Of a stretch of 64,000 nt of DNA, positions 57,056 through 64,000 are shown in pieces. A model generated the notes under the pieces. The model was not told where the DNA came from. It saw only the letters and a program-made list of their open reading frames with translations, and searched no databases. The stretch lies in contig JABVCE010000032.1 of the NCBI GenBank assembly GCA_014905635.1, positions 248,001-312,000 on the forward strand. The letters are read 5' to 3'. The DNA is from Scenedesmus sp. PABB004. Lineage: Eukaryota. Made by a program: the position numbers and the translations under genes. Position 1 is the stretch's first letter; every line of letters begins with the position of its first letter.

Positions 57056-60000
57056 ATGGCCCCCGGGCCCCCCAGCGGCCGCGCGGCGTCCCTCACGGCG
57101 CTCCTGGCCGTCTCCCTGCTCTTCCTCGGCACCGCACGGGGCCAGATGCCCCCCCAGTGCAGCACTGCCACCACCAACGTCACCACGCGCTGCGCGGCCC
57201 CCTGCGCCGTCTGCCTGAGCTCCCCCGGGCCCGCACGGCTCAGGACGTGCGTGTGCTGCAAGGCCGGCTTCGTCCCGGCCGCCACGGGCAAGTGCCGCGC
57301 TTGTGGGGTCGGCGAGTTCTCAGCGGCTCCTGGCGCCACCAAGTGCGCCCGCTGCCGCGACGGCCTCACGACCACGGGCAAGAACGCAACGTCCTGCAAC
57401 GGTGAGTGGTCATAGGGAGTGGCAGGGGCTGGGGGCTGGCTTTGTGCTTGGTTCTGCCTGCCGTCATCCTCACCTCCCCCTCCCCCGCCGCCTCTCTCAT
57501 CCCCCCCCCCCCGCCACACACACACAGCTTGCCCGGCCGGCACCCAGCTGCGCCTGGTCAAGCGCGACGGGCGCGACGTGCAAGTCTGCCGCCCCTGCCC
57601 AGTTGGGCGCACGTCGCTCGGGGGGCCCACCGCAACCAGCCCCCGCTGCACGCCCTGCCCGCGCGGCCGCACGACGGCCGGCGACGACAGGACTGCCTGC
57701 CCCGCCTGCCAGCCCGGCTTTGGCGGCAGCGCGTGCGGCCGCTGCGCCGCCAACACGTACGGCGTGGGCGGTGTCGGCGCCGCGTGCCTGGCGTGCCCTT
57801 TTGATACCACCTCGGCGCCCGGGTCGTCGGCCGCCACCGCGTGCGTGCGGAGGGACATCCCTGGCGTGTCGCCCTCGCCCGTGTCGCCCTCGCCGGCGCC
57901 GTCTGTTGCCTCGCCCAGCCCGGCGCCGCAGCCGGCCTTCACCGCCACGCTGGCGATCAAGGCGTCTGGCGCCTGCAACGCCTCGCTGCACGACGCGTTT
58001 GTCAACGCCACGCGCACGGCCATCCTGGCGCGCACACCCACCAGCGAGCAGGGGTCGGTTGCCGTCACCAAGGGCGCCTGCACGACGTCCCCCGGGCGCC
58101 ACCTGCTGGGGCGCTGGCTGCTGGCGGCGGCGTCGTCCACCTACGACGTGCAGGCGTTGTCCACGTCCGACGGCGGCGCAAGCGGCATCACGCAGACGGT
58201 GCAGGACCCGGGGCTGCAGACGGCGCTGGACAACACGGCTGCCCAGTTTGGGTCTGATGTGCTCAATCTTGGTAAGTTGGCTGTGAATTGAGGCACGCAG
58301 CCTGCTCCAGAAGCTAGGGCTAATTGAAACCACCTGCCCTATGCAGATGTTAAGGTGGAAGACCCTACTCCCAGTCCCAGGCCAGTCTCTTCACCTTCAC
58401 CTGCGCCGATGACATCACCCTCGCCGGGGCCGGCCGCATCGCCCTCGCCTGCACCGGCGGCGTCGCCCTCGCCTGCGCCGGCCGCATCGCCCTCGCCTAA
58501 CCCGAACGCATCGCCCTCGCCGGCGCCGGCTGCATCGCCCTCCCCTGCGCCGGCCGCATCGCCCGCGCCTGCGCCAACCCCGACTCCTACGCCGTTCTTC
58601 CCTCCTATTGTCCCTCCACTGGTGAGTTTTGTACAGTTACAAATGTGCTGGGTTACATAGGCACTACTAACAAACCACACGCTGCAGGTGGCGAATGGGG
58701 GTGCCTGCACCACCGACACTGCCTGCGAGAGCGGCCTGTGCGCAGACACCAACAACGACAACACCAAGGACACCTGCAAGGTTGGTTGCGTGCGCGTGCG
58801 CGGTAGCAGCGCTGCGTGCACTTGTCGCACATACCGCACCGCAAGCGAGCAGTGAGAGCTGGCATCCAACACCGCTACCACCACCACCACCTCGCCCACA
58901 CTCTCTCTCTTCCTGACCTGCCCCCGTCCGTGCGCTCGATGCCGCCCGCCCACAACGCGCGTGCGGTGCAGGTGGCAAACGGGGGTGCCTGCACCACCGA
59001 CACTGCCTGCGGGAGCGGCCTGTGCGCAGACACCAACAACGACAACACCAAGGACACCTGCAAGGTTGGTTGCGTGCGCGTGCGCGGTAGCAGCGCTGCG
59101 TGCACTTGTCGCACGTGCCACACCGCAAGCGAGCAGTGAGAGCTGGCATCCAACACCGCTACCACCACCACCACCTCGCCCACACTCTCTCTCTTCCTGA
59201 CCTGCCCCCGTCCGTGCGCTCGACACCGTCGCCCACATCGCGCGTGCGGTGCAGGTGGCAAACGGGGGTGCCTGCACCACCGACACTGCCTGCGGGAGCG
59301 GCCTGTGCGCAGACACCAACAACGACAACACCAAGGACACCTGCAAGGTTGGTTGCGTGCGCGTGCGCGGTAGCAGCGCTGCGTGCACTTGTCGCACATA
59401 CCGCACCGCAAGCGAGCAGTGAGAGCTGGCATCCAACACCGCTACCACCACCACCACCTCGCCCACACTCTCTCTCTTCCTGACCTGCCCCCGTCCGTGC
59501 GCTCGATGCCGCCCGCCCACAACGCGCGTGCGGTGCAGGTGGCAAACGGGGGTGCCTGCACCACCGACACTGCCTGCGGGAGCGGCCTGTGCGCAGACAC
59601 CAACAACGACAACACCAAGGACACCTGCAAGGTTGGTTGCGTGCGCGTGCGCGGTAGCAGCGCTGCGTGCACTTGTCGCACGTGCCACACCGCAAGCGAG
59701 CAGTGAGAGCTGGCATCCAACACCGCTACCACCACCACCACCTCGCCCACACTCTCTCTCTTCCTGACCTGCCCCCGTCCGTGCGCTCGATGCCTCCCGC
59801 CCACAACGCGCGTGCGGTGCAGGTGGCAAACGGGGGTGCCTGCACCACCGACACTGCCTGCGGGAGCGGCCTGTGCGCAGACACCAACAACGACAACACC
59901 AAGGACACCTGCAAGGTTGGTTGCGTGCGCGTGCGCGGTAGCAGCGCTGCGTGCACTTGTCGCACGTGCCGCACCGCAAGCGAGCAGTGAGAGCTGGCAT

Positions 60001-63000
60001 CCAACACCGCTACCACCACCACCACCTCGCCCACACTCTCTCTCTTCCTGACCTGCCCCCGTCCGTGCGCTCGATGCCTCCCGCCCACAACGCGCGTGCG
60101 GTGCAGGTGGCAAACGGGGGTGCCTGCACCACCGACACTGCCTGCGGGAGCGGCCTGTGCGCAGACACCAACAACGACAACACCAAGGACACCTGCAAGG
60201 TTGGTTGCGTGCGCGTGCGCGGTAGCAGCGCTGCGTGCACTTGTCGCACGTGCCGCACCGCAAGCGAGCAGTGAGAGCTGGCATCCAACACCGCTACCAC
60301 CACCACCACCTCGCCCACACTCTCTCTCTGACCTGCCCCCGTCCGTGCGCTCGATGCCGCCCGCCCACAACGCGCGTGCGGTGCAGGTGGCAAACGGGGG
60401 TGCCTGCACCACCGACACTGCCTGCGGGAGCGGCCTGTGCGCAGACACCAACAACGACAACACCAAGGACACCTGCAAGGTTGGTTGCGTGCGCGTGCGC
60501 GGTAGCAGCGCTGCGTGCACTTGTCGCACGTGCCGCACCGCAAGCGAGCAGTGAGAGCTGGCATCCAACACCGCTACCACCACCACCACCTCGCCCACAC
60601 TCTCTCTCTTCCTGACCTGCCCCCGTCCGTGCGCTCGACACCGCCCGCCCACAACGCGCGTGCGGTGCAGGTGGCAAACGGGGGTGCCTGCACCACCGAC
60701 ACTGCCTGCGGGAGCGGCCTGTGCGCAGACACCAACAACGACAACACCAAGGACACCTGCAAGGTTGGTTGCGTGCGCGTGCGCGGTAGCAGCGCTGCGT
60801 GCACTTGTCGCACGTGCCGCACCGCAAGCGAGCAGTGAGAGCTGGCATCCAACACCGCTACCACCACCACCACCTCGCCCACACTCTCTCTCTGACCTGC
60901 CCCCGTCCGTGCGCTCGATGCCGCCCGCCCACAACGCGCGTGCGGTGCAGGTGGCAAACGGGGGTGCCTGCACCACCGACACTGCCTGCGGGAGCGGCCT
61001 GTGCGCAGACACCAACAACGACAACACCAAGGACACCTGCAAGGTTGGTTGCGTGCGCGTGCGCGGTAGCAGCGCTGCGTGCACTTGTCGCACGTGCCGC
61101 ACCGCAAGCGAGCAGTGAGAGCTGGCATCCAACACCGCTACCACCACCACCACCTCGCCCACACTCTCTCTCTTCCTGACCTGCCCCCGTCCGTGCGCTC
61201 GATGCCTCCCGCCCACAACGCGCGTGCGGTGCAGGTGGCAAACGGGGGTGCCTGCACCACCGACACTGCCTGCGGGAGCGGCCTGTGCGCAGACACCAAC
61301 AACGACAACACCAAGGACACCTGCAAGGTTGGTTGCGTGCGCGTGCGCGGTAGCAGCGCTGCGTGCACTTGTCGCACATACCGCACCGCAAGCGAGCAGC
61401 GACAGCTGGCATCCAACACTGCCACCAACACCTCCTCACCCACACTCTCTCTCTCCCTGACCTGCCCCCGTCCGTGCGCTCGATGCCGCCCGCCCACAAC
61501 GCGCGTGCGGTGCAGGTGGCAAACGGGGGTGCCTGCACCACCGACACTGCCTGCGAGAGCGGCCTGTGCGCAGACACCAACAACGACAACACCAAGGACA
61601 CCTGCAAGGTTGGTTGCGTGCGCGTGCGCGGTAGCAGCGCTGCGTGCACTTGTCGCACGTGCCGCACCGCAAGCGAGCAGCGACAGCTGGCATCCAACAC
61701 TGCCACCAACACCTCCTCACCCACACTCTCTCTCTTCCTGACCTGCCCCCGTCCGTGCGCTCGATGCCTCCCGCCCACAACGCGCGTGCGGTGCAGGTGG
61801 CAAACGGGGGTGCCTGCACCACCGACACTGCCTGCGGGAGCGGCCTGTGCGCAGACACCAACAACGACAACACCAAGGACACCTGCAAGGTTGGTTGCGT
61901 GCGCGTGCGCTGTAGCAGCGCTGCGTGCACTTGTCGCACGTGCCGCACCGCAAGCGAGCAGCGACAGCTGGCATCCAACACCGCCACCACCACCACCTCG
62001 CCCACACTCTCTCTCTGACCTGCCCCCGTCCGTGTGCTTGATGCCGCCCGCCCACAACGCGCGTGCGGTGCAGGTGGCAAACGAGGGTGCCTGCACCACC
62101 GACACTGCCTGCGGGAGCGGCCTGTGCGCAGACACCAACAACGACAACACCAAGGACACCTGCAAGGTTGGTTGCGTGCGCATGCGCGGTAGCAGCGCTG
62201 CGTGCACTTGTCGCACGTGCCGCACCGCAAGCGAGCAGCGACAGCTGGCATCCAACACTGCCACCAACACCTCCTCACCCACACTCTCTCTCTTCCTGAC
62301 CTGCCCCCGTCCGTGCGCTCGACACCGTCGCCCACAACGCGCGTGCGGTGCAGGTGGCAAACGGGGGTGCCTGCACCACCGACACTGCCTGCGAGAGCGG
62401 CCTGTGCGCAGACACCAACAACGACAACACCAAGGACACCTGCAAGGTTGGTTGCGTGCGCGTGCGCGGTAGCAGCGCTGCGTGCACTTGTCGCACGTGC
62501 CGCACCGCAAGCGAGCAGCGACAGCTGGCATCCAACACTGCCACCAACACCTCCTCACCCACACTCTCTCTCTTCCTGACCTGCCCCCGTCCGTGCGCTC
62601 GACACCGTCGCCCACAACGCGCGTGCGGTGCAGGTGGCAAACGGGGGTGCCTGCACCACCGACACTGCCTGCGAGAGCGGCCTGTGCGCAGACACCAACA
62701 ACGACAACACCAAGGACACCTGCAAGGTTGGTTGCGTGCGCGTGCGCGGTAGCAGCGCTGCGTGCACTTGTCGCACGTGCCGCACCGCAAGCGAGCAGCG
62801 ACAGCTGGCATCCAACACCGCCACCAACACCTCCTCACCCACACTCTCTCTCTTCCTGACCTGCCCCCGTCCGTGCGCTCGACACCGTCGCCCACAACGC
62901 GCGTGCGGTGCAGGTGGCAAACGGGGGTGCCTGCACCACCGACACTGCCTGCGGGAGCGGCCTGTGCGCAGACACCAACAACGACAACACCAAGGACACC

Positions 63001-64000
63001 TGCAAGGTTGGTTGCGTGCGCGTGCGCGGTAGCAGCGCTGCGTGCACTTGTCGCACGTGCCGCACCGCAAGCGAGCAGTGAGAGCTGGCATCCAACACCG
63101 CTACCACCACCACCACCTCGCCCACACTCTCTCTCTTCCTGACCTGCCCCCGTCCGTGCGCTCGATGCCGCCCGCCCACAACGCGCGTGCGGTGCAGGTG
63201 GCAAACGGGGGTGCCTGCACCACCGACACTGCCTGCGGGAGCGGCCTGTGCGCAGACACCAACAACGACAACACCAAGGACACCTGCAAGGTTGGTTGCG
63301 TGCGCGTGCGCGGTAGCAGCGCTGCGTGCACTTGTCGCACGTGCCACACCGCAAGCGAGCAGCGACAGCTGGCATCCAACACTGCCACCAACACCTCCTC
63401 ACCCACACTCTCTCTCTTCCTGACCTGCCCCCGTCCGTGCGCTCGACACCGTCGCCCACAACGCGCGTGCGGTGCAGGTGGCAAACGGGGGTGCCTGCAC
63501 CACCGACACTGCCTGCGAGAGCGGCCTGTGCGCAGACACCAACAACGACAACACCAAGGACACCTGCAAGGTTGGTTGCGTGCGCGTGCGCGGTAGCAGC
63601 GCTGCGTGCACTTGTCGCACGTGCCGCACCGCAAGCGAGCAGCGACAGCTGGCATCCAACACCGCCACCAACACCTCCTCACCCACACTCTCTCTCTTCC
63701 TGACCTGCCCCCGTCCGTGCGCTCGATGCCGCCCGCCCACAACGCGCGTGCGGTGCAGGTGGCAAACGGGGGTGCCTGCACCACCGACACTGCCTGCGAG
63801 AGCGGCCTGTGCGCAGACACCAACAACGACAACACCAAGGACACCTGCAAGGTTGGTTGCGTGCGCGTGCGCGGTAGCAGCGCTGCGTGCACTTGTCGCA
63901 CGTGCCGCACCGCAAGCGAGCAGCGACAGCTGGCATCCAACACTGCCACCAACACCTCCTCACCCACACTCTCTCTCTTCCTGACCTGCCCCCGTCCGTG
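57056..64000 (+). CDS. Secreted Cys-rich/Ser-Pro wall-type protein with tandem-exon repeat region; continues beyond the window
   Basis: Exons 57056-57401, 57528-58271, 58347-58621, then 93-nt phase-0 exons from 58688. Signal peptide, CxxC..G (TNFR/GCC2-GCC3-like) repeats, RHLL/RWLL motif, (SPSPAPAA)n. Confidence 0.85.
58688..64000 (+). repeat. Tandem array of 277-284-bp exon+intron units, 19 exons in window
   Basis: Exon starts 58688, 58972, 59255, 59539, 59823, 60107, 60387, 60671, 60951, 61235, 61516, 61797, 62074, 62354, 62634, 62914, 63198, 63478, 63759; each TGCAG|GTGGC...TGCAAG|GTTGGT. Confidence 0.97.

Noticed and set aside
58339..63969. Antisense ORFs across the array
   Set aside because: Their frames shift with intron indels between units; only the plus-strand exon is length-conserved.
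58688..64000. CRISPR array or non-coding satellite
   Set aside because: There are no unique spacers or cas genes; units are ~280 bp, near-identical and have in-frame splice sites.
1..64000. Hundreds of overlapping Arg/Ala/Pro/Gly-rich ORFs as overlapping genes
   Set aside because: Expected from stop-codon scarcity at very high GC; spliced models explain the coding signal.

Overview
Very GC-rich, intron-dense eukaryotic DNA that looks like a chlorophyte green alga: GTGCGC/GCGCGC donors, CGCAG acceptors, a TGTAA poly(A) signal, a CCCTAAA telomere-type motif and plastid-targeted genes. Most long entries in the six-frame ORF track are GC artefacts, so I reconstructed the genes by splicing exons by eye. 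Recognisable genes: a PHD-DDT-WHIM chromatin protein, RPL4 (with an intronic box C/D snoRNA), an MFS transporter, EFG1, peroxisomal MFP, a bZIP-like protein, a coiled-coil protein, a half-length uS7-like protein, plastid LPAAT, two tandem DTC carriers, an mTERF-like/helicase-associated protein and CYP97A. Also present are a decayed TGD2 copy, a LINE RT relic, many DNA-level duplicated gene fragments and nested inverted duplications. The most striking feature is a pair of secreted Ser-Pro/Cys-rich wall-type genes. One (57056 onward) is built from at least 19 near-identical ~280-bp exon+intron units, each adding a 31-aa 4-Cys module. Both genes sit behind AT-richer promoters that share a TTTCCGCGGAAA palindrome, and both are preceded by scrambled copies of neighbouring genes. 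Exon boundaries and family calls come from manual inspection only; no searches were run.
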